The notes beneath the pieces are model-generated. The model did not search any database. It worked only from the letters and a program-made list of their open reading frames with translations, and was not told the origin of the DNA. Both the position numbers and the translations under genes were made by a program. From Dendrobates tinctorius (Eukaryota), in the NCBI RefSeq assembly GCF_039654945.1, contig NW_027361924.1, positions 10,478,001 through 10,542,000 on the forward strand: DNA of 64,000 nucleotides, in the 5' to 3' direction. How positions within the stretch are numbered: the first letter of the stretch is position 1; each line of letters opens with the position of its first letter. Shown in pieces: positions 54,401 to 64,000 of the stretch.

Positions 54401-57400
54401 TCTTGTATATAGGGGCAGTATTATAGTATTTATATTCTTGAACATAGGGGCAGTATTATAGTATTTATATTCTTGTATATAGGGGCAGTATTATAGTATT
54501 TATATTCTTGAACATAGGGGCAGTATTATAGTAGTTATATTCTTGAACATAGGGGCAGTATTATAGTAGTTATATTCTTGTACATAGGGGCAGTATTATA
54601 GTATTTATATTCTTGAACATAGGGGCAGTATTATAGTAGTTATATTCTTGTATATAGGGCAGTATTATAGTAGTTATATTCTTGTACATAGGGGCAATAT
54701 TATAGTAGCTATATTCTTGAACATAGGGGCAGTATTATAGTAGTTATATTCTTGTACATAGGAGCAGTATTATAGTAGTATATTCTTGTACATAGGGGCA
54801 GTATTATAGTAGTTATATTCTTGTACATAGGGGCAGTGTTATAGTAGTTATATTCTTGCACATAGGGGGCAGTATTATAGTAGTTATATTCTTGTACATA
54901 GGGGGCAGTATTATAGTAGTTATATTCTTGTACATAGGGGCAGTATTATAGTAGTTATATTCTTGTCCTGCGGCCACATTTTGGTAATATGAACGGCACA
55001 GTTGTCGCTCACACATCTCAATGTCGAGCCTCTTCAGCTCTTGTTCGATGTCCTGGACCCGTCTCTCCAGACCCGCGTGTTTTCCAGGCAGCGCCCCCAG
55101 ACTGTTCAGGATTGTTTTTACTTTCCGCTGCTTGGTGTCATTGCTCAGGGCCCAGTCTTCGCTCTGGTGGTGATAGGGCATAAATGATAGGTATGCGTTG
55201 AAATCACTTTTGATTAATAAGTGTTACCATGGAAATTCCACAGCACGAGAATAAAAGAACCCCCCACACATTCAGCGTATCGCGCAGCATTATACACAAT
55301 ATAAACCGTAAATCATATGTAAATACAATGGAATCCTCCATTTAACTCTCAGCCATTTGTTTTGGGGAGCTGCAATCATTATACCTCTATTGTTACGCTG
55401 CCTATTGTAGTCAATGGATGTTAATTGCTTAGATTGTTGTCACTGCACTCAGACAATCCCTTTAATAACAGTGAAAGTGATCTCATCAGGTCTTTACCGC
55501 CATCCAGTCTCCAATGACCAGAAACAGGACTGACTTAAACATGATGAAGGGGTGGAAGGGAGGATTGAGAAGTGACCCAAGTGTGAAATGTTAGCGTTCA
55601 TGTAGAGTTACTGATTCTCCTAGACAGTCTGTAGTCAGAAATACTTTTATTTCCCATTAGATAACTTTTTTTATTTTTAGAATGGTCAGGTTCCTCTGCT
55701 ATTCCTCCTGGAAATGTATGAATATTCTGGGAATGACCAGTCCCGTTGTGAAAGGGTTAGTCCCTACAGTCTGACACTACCAGCACTGATTGGACCGTGC
55801 AGTGACAGGTGACTGGTCGTTGGACCGTGCAGTGACAGGTGACTGGTCGTTGGACCGTGCAGTGACAAGTGACTGGTCGTTGGACCGTGCAGTGACAGGT
55901 GACTGGTCGTTGGACCGTGCAGTGACAGGTGACTGGTCGTTGGACCGTGCAGTGACAGGTGACTGGTCGTTGGACCGTGCAGTGACAGGTGACTGGTCGT
56001 TGGACCGTGCAGTGACAGGTGACTGATCTTTGAACCGTGCAGTGACAGGTGACTGGTCGTTGGACCTTACAGTGACAGGTGACTGGTCGTTGGACCGTGC
56101 AGTGACAGGTCGTTGGACCGTGCAGTGACAGGTGACTGGTCGTTGGACCGTGCAGTGACAGGTGACTGGTCGTTGGACCGTGCAGTGACAGGTGACTGGT
56201 CGTTGGACCGTGCAGTGACAAGTGACTGGTCGTTGGACCGTGCAGTGACAGGTGACTGGTCGTTGGACCGTGCAGTGACAGGTGACTGGTCGTTGGACCG
56301 TGCAGTGACAGGTGACTGGTCGTTGGACCGTGCAGTGACAGGTGACTGGTCGTTGGACCGTGCAGTGATAGGTGACTGGTCGTTGGACCGTGCAGTGACA
56401 GGTGACTGGTCGTTGGACCGTGCAGTGACAGGGACTCACCCTTGATTGGGAACACTCAGTTGTCATTTAAGTTTTCAGGAGGGATGAGAGAGGTTCAGTA
56501 TAAGAAAATGAGGCAGCAAAGTTTTAAGAATATAAGTATTTGTGATATTTTTGTGATTGGAAGTTCTGTAAATTATATATTACATACCTTGTCGGCCAGA
56601 ACATCATGTATAGCTGGCCAGGTGACCAGGTCAGACGGCTCGGGATAGGAATACAGCTTTCTCTGCAGATTCTCCTGTAAAAAATGGGGAAATAAATTAA
56701 TTATATACAAAAAATTAGCATATATTTGCATGTATTTCATATACCCATAAAGTTAATATGTTCCATATATACCATAAAGGCCATTTACGATCGATCAAGG
56801 TGAGCATACGTGTATACCTCAGGGGCCGGCTTATGTTCCCTGAGAGCAAATGATTGGATGATGCTGCTCCTTCCCGAGATATGTTCGGATGGCCCCCGTA
56901 CACATTAGATGCCTTGGCCAAAGTTAATCTTATCTGTATCCTTTAGAAGCCTAGACATAATATTTTGAGCCATCACCCCAGAAGATTCACATGATATGTA
57001 AGATCCAGCATCCTATGAGCCAGCGCTCACCAGCTTGTCTTCTAGCAGGGGGATATCTTGTGTCCTGCCGTCCAGGTCTTGTAGTCTCATTTCCACCTCC
57101 TGGTTATTTATCTGTAATATAGAAAGAGGATATCACCTATCCTGCCACCAAGTCTCCAGAGGAGAACATGTATCAGCTATACTGGGCTTCTACTGGTGCT
57201 TTCTCTTCTTGCTTTGCCCACCCCCGAGGAGCGACCTTATGTAATATGAATGATTTTACACTGAATATTGTCACTCTGACTTTTCAATTCCACCCGGAGC
57301 CTTACCTTTGTAATCTGGTTGCCCAGAGATGCTAGTCTTTCTTGGATGAAATCATTGGCCTGTCTGAGGGTGTTGAATGTGCTGAGTAGTTCCTGGAAGG

Positions 57401-58077
57401 CGCTCATGGCCTAGAACAGAGATACAATTGGTGAGTTATGGGTTGTGGAGGATCTACCTATACCAAGTGTAGTGGTAGTAGTCACATCTGCAGCCATGAT
57501 GTTTCACAAGGTAAAAAACCTTTAAGAGTGATGAGGGTCTACAATGCAGTGACGTGTGTTTTCATTGCCCAGGGCTGATCAAAGTTATGGTGCCTCTTTT
57601 GGAACCCAATGGTAGGTGCTGGGGACTTTTGGGTCTTCACCGCACCCTCACTTTCATATCTAGAACACGTTCATGTCTGACCTTGTGGACTCCATCTTCG
57701 TTCATCTCTGTCTTCTTCTTGAGCTGCATTAGCTGCCACATCTCCTCCACAGGTTTCCTCTGGGATTGACTGGCTTGTAAAAGGCTGGCGGAGCTTGGCA
57801 GAGAATCTAGATGGTGGAGCCTGGCCTCCATCTGGGCCACCTTGTCCAGCAGCTGGTGGAACAGCGTGGATGGTTTCCCTGAGTCGTCCACGTTAATTGG
57901 CCCTGGCCGTATGAATTCCCTCTCCTCCTGGGACAACTTCCTTCGTACATCCACCACCTGCAGGTGGTCCAGGAGGCCGTAGAGCAGGGAGTAGAGCGCA
58001 TTGAAATTGACAGCACCAAGTTCTGGAGAACCTATTGCTAAGTACAGGAGCTCCTTGAATGACACGGAGCTTGACAT
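39489..58077 (-). CDS. C16orf96: C16orf96 ortholog / QRICH2-like DUF4795-type coiled-coil protein (16 coding exons, 1986 nt, 661 aa)
   Basis: Exons (minus): 58077-57682, 57410-57306, 57111-57031, 56674-56588, 55163-55013, 48111-48026, 47945-47835, 47728-47654, 46881-46717, 43508-43390, 43069-43007, 40732-40676, 40478-40328, 40000-39907, 39823-39731, 39640-39489. All are GT-AG and phase-consistent. Motifs: [63 protein letters not shown]. Tail-to-tail position next to UBALD1 matches the human 16p13.3 order (from memory). Confidence 0.88.
40775..43000. repeat. G/T-rich composite minisatellite built from 12-bp subunits (60- and 36-bp higher-order units) in a C16orf96 intron
   Basis: Subunits AGGTTGGGTACT, AGGTTCAGTAGT, AGGGTGAGTACT, AGGTTGGGTACC and AGGTTCAGGCGT. 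Identical 60-nt sequence lines recur (e.g. 41581/41641). Confidence 0.96.
43715..46355. repeat. 38-bp GC-rich minisatellite (~70 copies)
   Basis: Unit GGTGGTAGCACAGGGCTCTGGTGTGAGGACACGGCGCT with variants (GAAGACAAGG, GTGAGAGC). The left edge is degenerate. Confidence 0.96.
46427..46648. mobile_element. Short non-autonomous element with TAGAG.TGAG.GAA / TT.GCTCAT.TCTA termini
   Basis: TAGAGGTGAGGGAATATGTTC at 46427 is inverted to GAACATATTCGCTCATTTCTA (~46521-46541). A second right end, TTGCTCATCTCTA, lies at ~46636-46648. Confidence 0.55.
46997..47633. repeat. 33-bp minisatellite with a 66-bp dimeric higher-order unit
   Basis: GGGGATCCTCACACCACGTCCCATGTATAATCC alternates with GGGGCCCCTCACGCGACGTCCCATGTACAGTCT. 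The spurious ORFs show 22-aa periodicity. Confidence 0.95.
51489..51759 (+). mobile_element. ~270-bp insert, Penelope-like pLTR remnant with a variant minimal hammerhead fold (copy 1)
   Basis: Unique sequence inside the minisatellite. GAC-CCGTGGA-G-GCGCT(CGAGT)AGCGT-GAAA-CGGCCG-TA-GTC at the 5' end, and AATAAA at ~51588. Flanks AGTAGCTATATTCT / AGTAGTTATATTCT resemble a 14-bp TSD. Confidence 0.6.
52736..53006 (+). mobile_element. ~270-bp insert, Penelope-like pLTR remnant with a variant minimal hammerhead fold (copy 2)
   Basis: Same as 51489-51759 at offset 1247, with 2 substitutions seen (CTACGA/CTATGA, GCACTGT/GCACGGT) and identical flanking satellite variants. Confidence 0.6.
55690..56500. 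mobile_element. MITE-like element whose centre is expanded into a tandem array
   Basis: Inverted arms: AAGGGTTAGTCCCT (~55753) vs AGGGACTCACCCTT (~56430), and CCTCTGCTATTCCTCCTGGAAA (~55693) vs TTTTCAGGAGGGATGAGAGAGG (~56472). Confidence 0.6.
55790..56430. repeat. 30-bp minisatellite (~21 copies)
   Basis: Unit TGGACCGTGCAGTGACAGGTGACTGGTCGT. One unit has an 8-bp deletion near 56110. Confidence 0.96.
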
Positions 58078-58272
58078 GGTCGAGGCGGCTGAGGGGTCTA
58101 GGGGAGCATGCAACAGAAATAAGTAAAAATGCAACATAAAGAAGCAAAACTCTGCACAAGATCCTATAAAAATGTATGGAGTGGGATGTAAACACCATAA
58201 TGTTCCTCAGAGATGATGCTCTTGAGGTATTAATGACATTACATTTTAGGGGATGGTCAAAATGACACTTAA

Positions 58273-58639
58273 AGGGGACTTGTCACACAGTCAAAACTGT
58301 CCAGTCTTTCCTCTTATATTATTCCCGCTGCTCCTTAGAGTATTTTTTTAAATTTTTTTCTCAAATTCACCAATCCTTTCTAGAGATATGGGTCTTTTTA
58401 TCGAGTGCTGATTTTTATGATGCTTATCGAGTGGTCGTGGCTCACAAGGTAATTATGCAGAGCGGCCTCAAGACACGCCCCCACCATTAAAAAAAATATA
58501 TATATATAAAATTAACACTAAATAAAAAGGCCCATATCTCTGGGACCGTATGCCGGATTTACGAAAGACAAAAATTGGAATATTCAGGGGAGGTGCGATA
58601 ATTAATTGTAAGTATTTCTGTGCTGGTGACATGTCCTCC
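58273..58639. mobile_element. TTAA-flanked MITE, with a second element end sharing the right TTAA
   Basis: TTAA|AGGGGACTTGTCAC ... GTGACATGTCCTCC|TTAA|AGGGAGTTGTCCA. Internal inverted pair AGAGATATGGGTCTTTTTAT / ATAAAAAGGCCCATATCTCT. Confidence 0.7.
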
Positions 58640-58836
58640 TTAAAGGGAGTTGTCCACTGATTTCATACAAGTGTTTTTAGCGTCCCACTGGAGATCTCAT
58701 CTGAGAGAGCAGCCAGATCGCTGCCGATCACTTGATTTGAGGAATCCACCCTCGCTAATACCCGCTCCAACCCAGTTCATACCTGCGAGACGTCATCCTA
58801 TTAATATCCCCCATATAGCCTTCCCCGATACCTTAC

Positions 58837-59015
58837 CGTATGAAGAAGCAGAGGTGGCTGGTGTCTCCGGAGAGAGTGCAAGCTCTTCAGTCCAGCGGGT
58901 GCATGCTGGAATTCATTCTGTCCTACAGTGAATCCTCCTAGCAACCCTTGCAGCCAGCCATGCCTGCTGTCGCCCGGACTGTGCCGGGAAGTTTCACCGA
59001 TTGCTAGGAGACCGG
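58837..59015 (-). promoter_or_regulatory. Candidate C16orf96 non-coding first exon / promoter with RFX X-box-like motifs
   Basis: Minus-strand donor ACG|GTAAGG at 58837/58836 and acceptor CCCCTAG| at 58097 upstream of the ATG. CTCCTAGCAAC (~58935-58945) and GATTGCTAGGAGAC (58999-59012). Confidence 0.4.
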
Positions 59016-60592
59016 AGAAACGCCTGGTAATCTGCAGAGGACTCTTCTTGTCCTCTGTTTATGTCCCTGTTGCCACCGCTCCTGCTGCTGGTAACTTAAC
59101 CCCTGTGTTTCCTGCCCCGTGCACCTCTGCCGGCGAGGGAGCCGATATTACATAGGACCGGTGCCTTTCATACACTAACCCTACAAATACTGTAAGAAAC
59201 AGCAGCTAAAAGCCCTAGGGGTGCGTTCACACTTACAATTTTCCACCCAGCGCATTTTTGCCCCAAATCAGAAGCAAATCTTGAGTAAAATCTGCTTGTG
59301 TTACAGGAAATTTGTCACTGATTTGGATGCAGATTTCATCCTGTGAATGATAAAGGGTTAAACCTACAGTGAAAAGCAGATTTAATAGCAGAGCCACAAG
59401 TCGACTTCCGCTGCAGATTTTTTTTTTTATTTTTTACCTCATATGTCGCTGCTATATCCTGAACGTATTCAGTCCACAAATCTGCAGCGTATCTGCATAG
59501 CGCGAACACGCGGACCGGCAGGGTGGCCATGTTGGATCACGTGCCACGGACGACTTTGCCACAGATTTCACGCAAATCAGCAACGTGTTGTTTTTGCCGC
59601 AGATTTTACTCTGGATTTGGATCAATGTGAAACGTCCCATTGGTCGGACCTGATCAAGGTGGCGGCACAAACCCACCTACGCGACTGATTGACATCTGAG
59701 AGCGTATCGGGGCACTCCACTCTGTCCAAACGTGGTTGTCGGGAAAAGGGATTTAACAGATTTTTTACAAAAACAGCGCCCCCTCTGTGCACAGGTCACG
59801 TCTAGTATTGCACCTCAACCTCGACACGTTTCGGTAGAGCTCAGCCCCGATCCCCCGCGTTATTACCTACCTGACAACATTAAAAATTATACTTGTCTGC
59901 CGAAACTCGCTCCAAGATCAAATCTTATACGTTCCAGGACGTCCGGGGCTCTGTGAAAGTAATTCAGGACATCAGTAACGACATAAGTCTTGGCACCCGT
60001 GTGCTTACATCACGCACCGCACTGTGCAGGTGTCATTCACGCCTGAAAACACCACATTTCTTGTCCAATTTCTTCCATTTTTCTGGGGTTAGAATTTAAA
60101 CGGCAGCAAGCTGCGCTGTGATTGGCTGCAAGGGAAGCAATCAGACGACGGTTTAACTGTAAGGGATGAAGTTGTTTTATGATATGAGTACACCCCGCAG
60201 CGTCCGGGAGACGCCAGGGACACGGATCAGCCGCTCACATCTACACAGCCCGGGGGGGGGAGTAATACGTAAAAACTAGAAGAAAACGCCACAATGGCGT
60301 CACTCAGAGCGGCCAATCAGAAAACAGCTTCTTGGCAAGTTACAAAATTCCAGTGATCTGATTGGTTGCTATGGGAAACCGTCACACGTTCGTCTTTGGA
60401 GCCAGTTTAGCGTCGCTCTACACTTCCCAAAATGTCAAATCCTAAAAATAATAAAGTAATAATTTACCCATTCTTCACTGTAAACAAAGGGTGGTTGCCC
60501 TTAGCAACCAGACTACAACTCACATTTTTCTATGGCAAATTAAAATATTGAACGATTTAATAGTTATTATATGGATATATGTGTCTGTGTAC

Positions 60593-60605
60593 ATATATAT
60601 ATATA

Positions 60606-60644
<39 letters not shown>
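60593..60644. repeat. (TA)n microsatellite
   Basis: Interrupted TA run, seen directly. Confidence 0.9.
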
Positions 60645-60651
<7 letters not shown>

Positions 60652-60789
60652 GGTGATAAACGGATTGAATAACTTTATTGTCACTCATGGTGGTATAGTG
60701 ACACAATGTGAGTATTGTTACATAAAAAGGGGACAATAAAGTTATTCAAGTGAAAAAAAAACAGAAAAGAAAAGGCCATTAGCGAATAA

Positions 60790-60930
60790 ACCGGAGTTTA
60801 CCATGAGCGGAAACGCTCGCGTTGGCCTTCGGGAGTTGTAGTGTTCGGCTGGAGGGGCGGGGACTACAGCTCCCAAAGTGCAGTGCGACAAGTAAACAGG
60901 AGCAGAGGGAGCAGCAGCAGGAGAGTGGAG
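60790..60930 (+). promoter_or_regulatory. CpG-rich housekeeping promoter and non-coding first exon of a plus-strand gene (CDIP1 expected by synteny; no coding sequence in window)
   Basis: GGGAGTTGTAGT (~60831-60842), GC box GGGGCGGGG (~60854-60862), ACTACAGCTCCCAAAGTGCA (~60863-60882) and donor GAG|GTGAGT at 60930/60931. Gene identity is inferred only from the human order CDIP1-C16orf96-UBALD1-MGRN1. Confidence 0.55.
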
Positions 60931-61174
60931 GTGAGTGCGGCTCCGGGGCCGGGCTGTGGTGCGGGGTCTGCTGCAGAGGCTGCCTGCGATATGTCCGATC
61001 ATTGTCACACTGCTGAGGATCATCAGCTCCACACATTCTGCTCCTGTTTTCCTTTTAAAACATTTTATTATGAGCTATACAGAATAAACCAGAGGCACTA
61101 CAACTCCCAGCATGGTCTGCCCCTTACTACATCACACACAGATCCGACATCGGGGCTATTCACCCCTATATACA

Positions 61175-64000
61175 GAGTGACTGCACCAGCAGAATAGTGA
61201 GTGCAGCTCTGGAGTATAATACAGGATGTAACTCAGGATCAGTAATGTAATGTATGTACACAGTGACTGCACCAGCAGAATAGTGAGTGCAGCTCTGGAG
61301 TATAATACAGGATGTAACTCAGGATCAATAATGTAATGTATGTACACAGTGACTGCACCAGCAGAATAGTGAGTGCAGCTCTGGAGTATAATACAGGATG
61401 TAACTCAGGATCAGTAATGTAATGTATGTACACAGTGACTGCACCAGCAGAATAGTGAGTGCAGCTCTGGGGTATAATACAGGGTGTAACTCAGGATCAG
61501 TAATGTAATGTACACAGTGACTGCACCAGCAGAATAGTGAGTGCAGCTCTGGGGTATAATACAGGGTGTAACTCAGGATCAGTAATGTAATGTATGTACA
61601 CAGTGACTGCACCAGCAGAATAGTAAGTGCAGCTCTGGAGTATAATACAGGATGTAACTCAGGATCAGTAATGTAATGTATGTACACAGTGAATGCACCA
61701 GTAGAATAGTGAGTGCAGCTCTGGAGTATAATACAGGATGTAACTCAGGATCAGTAATGTAATGTATGTACACAGTGAATGCACCAGTAGAATAGTGAGT
61801 GCAGCTCTGGAGTATAATACAGGAAGTAACTCAGGATCAGTAATGTAATGTATGTACACAGTGACTGCACCAGCAGAATAGTGAGTGCAGCTCTGGAGTA
61901 TAATACAGGAGGTAACTCAGGATCAGTAATGTAATGTATGCACACAGTGACTGTACCAGCAGAATAGTGAGTGCAGCTCTGGGGTATAATACAGGAGGTA
62001 ACTCAGGATCAGTAATGTAATGTATGTACACAGTGACTGCACCAGCAGAATAGTGAGTGCAGCTCTGGGGTATAATACAGGAGGTAACTCAGGATCAGTA
62101 ATGTAATGTATGTACACAGTGACTGCACCAGCAGAATAGTGAGTGCAACTCTGGAGTATAATACAGGAAGTAACTCAGGATCAGTAATGTAATGTATGCA
62201 CACAGTGACTGCACCAGCAGAATAGTGAGTGCAGCTCTGGAGTATAATACAGGATGTAACTCAGGATCAGTAATGTAATGTATGTACCCAGTGACTGCAC
62301 CAGCAGAATAGTGAGTGCAGCTCTGGGGTATAATACAGGATGTAACTCAGGATCAGTAATGTAATGTAAGTACACAGTGACTGCACCAGTAGAATAGTGA
62401 GTGCAGCTCTGGAGTATAATACAGGATGTAACTCAGGATCAGTAATGTAATGTATGTACACAGTGACTGCACCAGCAGAATAGTGAGTGCAGCTCTGGAG
62501 TATAATACAGGAGGTAACTCAGGATCAGTAATGTAATGTATGTACACAGTGACTGCACCAGCAGAATAGTGAGTGCAGCTCTGGGATATAATATAGGAAG
62601 TAACTCAGGATCAGTAATGTATGTACACAGTGACTGCACCAGCAGAATAGTGAGTGCAGCTCTGGAGTATAATACAGGAGGTAACTCAGGATCAGTAATG
62701 TAATGTATGTACACAGTGACTGCACCAGCAGAATAGTGAGTGCAGCACTGGAGTATAATACAGGATGTAACTCAGGATCAGTAATGTAATGTATGTACAC
62801 AGCGACTGCACCAGCAGAATAGTGAGTGCAGCTCTTGGGTATAATACAGGATGTAACTCAGGATCAGTAATGTAATGTATGTACACAGTGACTGCACCAG
62901 CAGAATAGTGAGTGCAGCTCTGGGGTATAATACAGGATGTAACTAAGGATCAGTAATGTAATGCATGTACACAGTGACTGCACCAGCAGAATAGTGAGTG
63001 CAGCTCTGGAGTATAATACAGGAGGTAACTCAGGATCAGTAATGTAATGTATGTACACAGTGACTGCACCAGCAGAATAGTGAGTGCAGCTCTGGGGTAT
63101 AATACAGGATGTAACTCAGGATCAGTAATGTATGTACACAGTGACTGCACCAGCAGAATAGTGAGTGCAGCTCTGGAGTATAATACAGGATGTAACTCAG
63201 GATCAGTAATGTAATGTATGTACACGGTGACTGCACCAGCAGAATAGTGAGTGCAGCTCTGGGGTATAATACAGGATGTAACTCAGGATCAGTAATGTAA
63301 TGTATGTACACGGTGACTGCACCAGCAGAATAATGAGTGCAGCTCTGGGGTATAATACAGGATGTAACTCAGGATCAGTAATGTAATGTATGTACACAGT
63401 GACTGCACCAGCAGAATAGTGAGTGCAGCTCTGGAGTATAATACAGGATGTAACTCAGGATCAGTAATGTAATGTATGTACACAGTGACTGCACCAGCAG
63501 AATAGTGAGTGCAGCTCTGGAGTATAATACAGGAGGTAACTCAGGATCAGTAATGTAATGTATGTACACAGTGACTGCACCAGCAGAATAGTGAGTGCAG
63601 CTCTGGAGTATAATACAGGAGGTAACTCAGGATCAGTAATGTAATGTATGTACACAGTGACTGCACCAGCAGAATAGTGAGTGCAGCTCTGGGGTATAAA
63701 ACAGGATGTAACTCAGGATCAGTAATGTAATGTATGTACACAGTGACTGCACCAGCAGAATAGTGAGTGCAGCTCTGGAGTATAATACAGGAGGTAACTC
63801 AGGATCAGTAATGTAATGTATGTACACAGTGACTGCACCAGCAGAATAGTGAGTGCAGCTCTGGAGTATAATACAGGAGGTAACTCAGGATCAGTAATGT
63901 AATGTATGTACACAGTGACTGCACCAGCAGAATAGTGAGTGCAGCTCTGGAGTATAATACAGGAGGTAACTCAGGATCAGTAATGTAATGTACACAGTGA
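61175..64000 (-). repeat. 86-bp tandem satellite, inverted relative to 29948-32960 (~33 copies; runs off the window end)
   Basis: Reverse complement of the same 86-bp unit, with somewhat more point variants. Confidence 0.97.

Larger units (their letters stand above)
48130..54965. repeat. 35/36-bp AT-rich minisatellite filling C16orf96 intron 5
   Basis: Unit GGGG(G)CAGTATTATAGTAGTTATATTCTTGTACATA, interrupted only by two ~270-bp inserts. Confidence 0.97.

Noticed and set aside
56433-56480. Minus-strand AGG|GTGAGT donor suggesting another C16orf96 exon
   Set aside because: It lies in the MITE arm, has no good upstream acceptor, and the flanking exons already join in phase.
60360-60510. X-box-like GTTGCTATGG / GTTGCCCTTAGCAAC motifs as ciliary regulatory sites
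   Set aside because: Similar GTTGC...GCAAC strings also occur at ~35223 and ~38211 in repeat-like context, so they cannot be told apart from MITE debris.

Overview
Vertebrate genomic DNA, most likely an anuran amphibian (inferred from the repeat families; species cannot be determined). I traced three intact multi-exon genes by hand through GT-AG junctions with consistent phases: MGRN1 (minus, 16 coding exons, 508 aa), UBALD1 (plus, 3 coding exons, 148 aa) and a compact C16orf96 / QRICH2-like coiled-coil gene (minus, 16 coding exons, 661 aa). A further promoter and first exon near 60.9 kb is probably CDIP1, by synteny only. About half the window is tandem repeat from at least 8 unrelated unit families (52, 86, 106, 12/36/60, 38, 33/66, 35-36 and 30 bp). 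Mobile elements: a young 5'-truncated CR1 LINE inserted with a 6-bp TSD in the 52-bp satellite, decayed L1, L2 and Tc1 fragments, several palindromic MITEs, and a duplicated ~270-bp insert with a variant minimal hammerhead-ribozyme fold (Penelope pLTR-like). The very long ORFs in the ORF track are repeat artefacts. I found no clearly new multi-gene system. The best leads are the variant hammerhead insert, loss of the MGRN1 PSAP motif, a 3'-UTR intron in MGRN1, a spliced uORF in UBALD1, and satellite birth inside a MITE.
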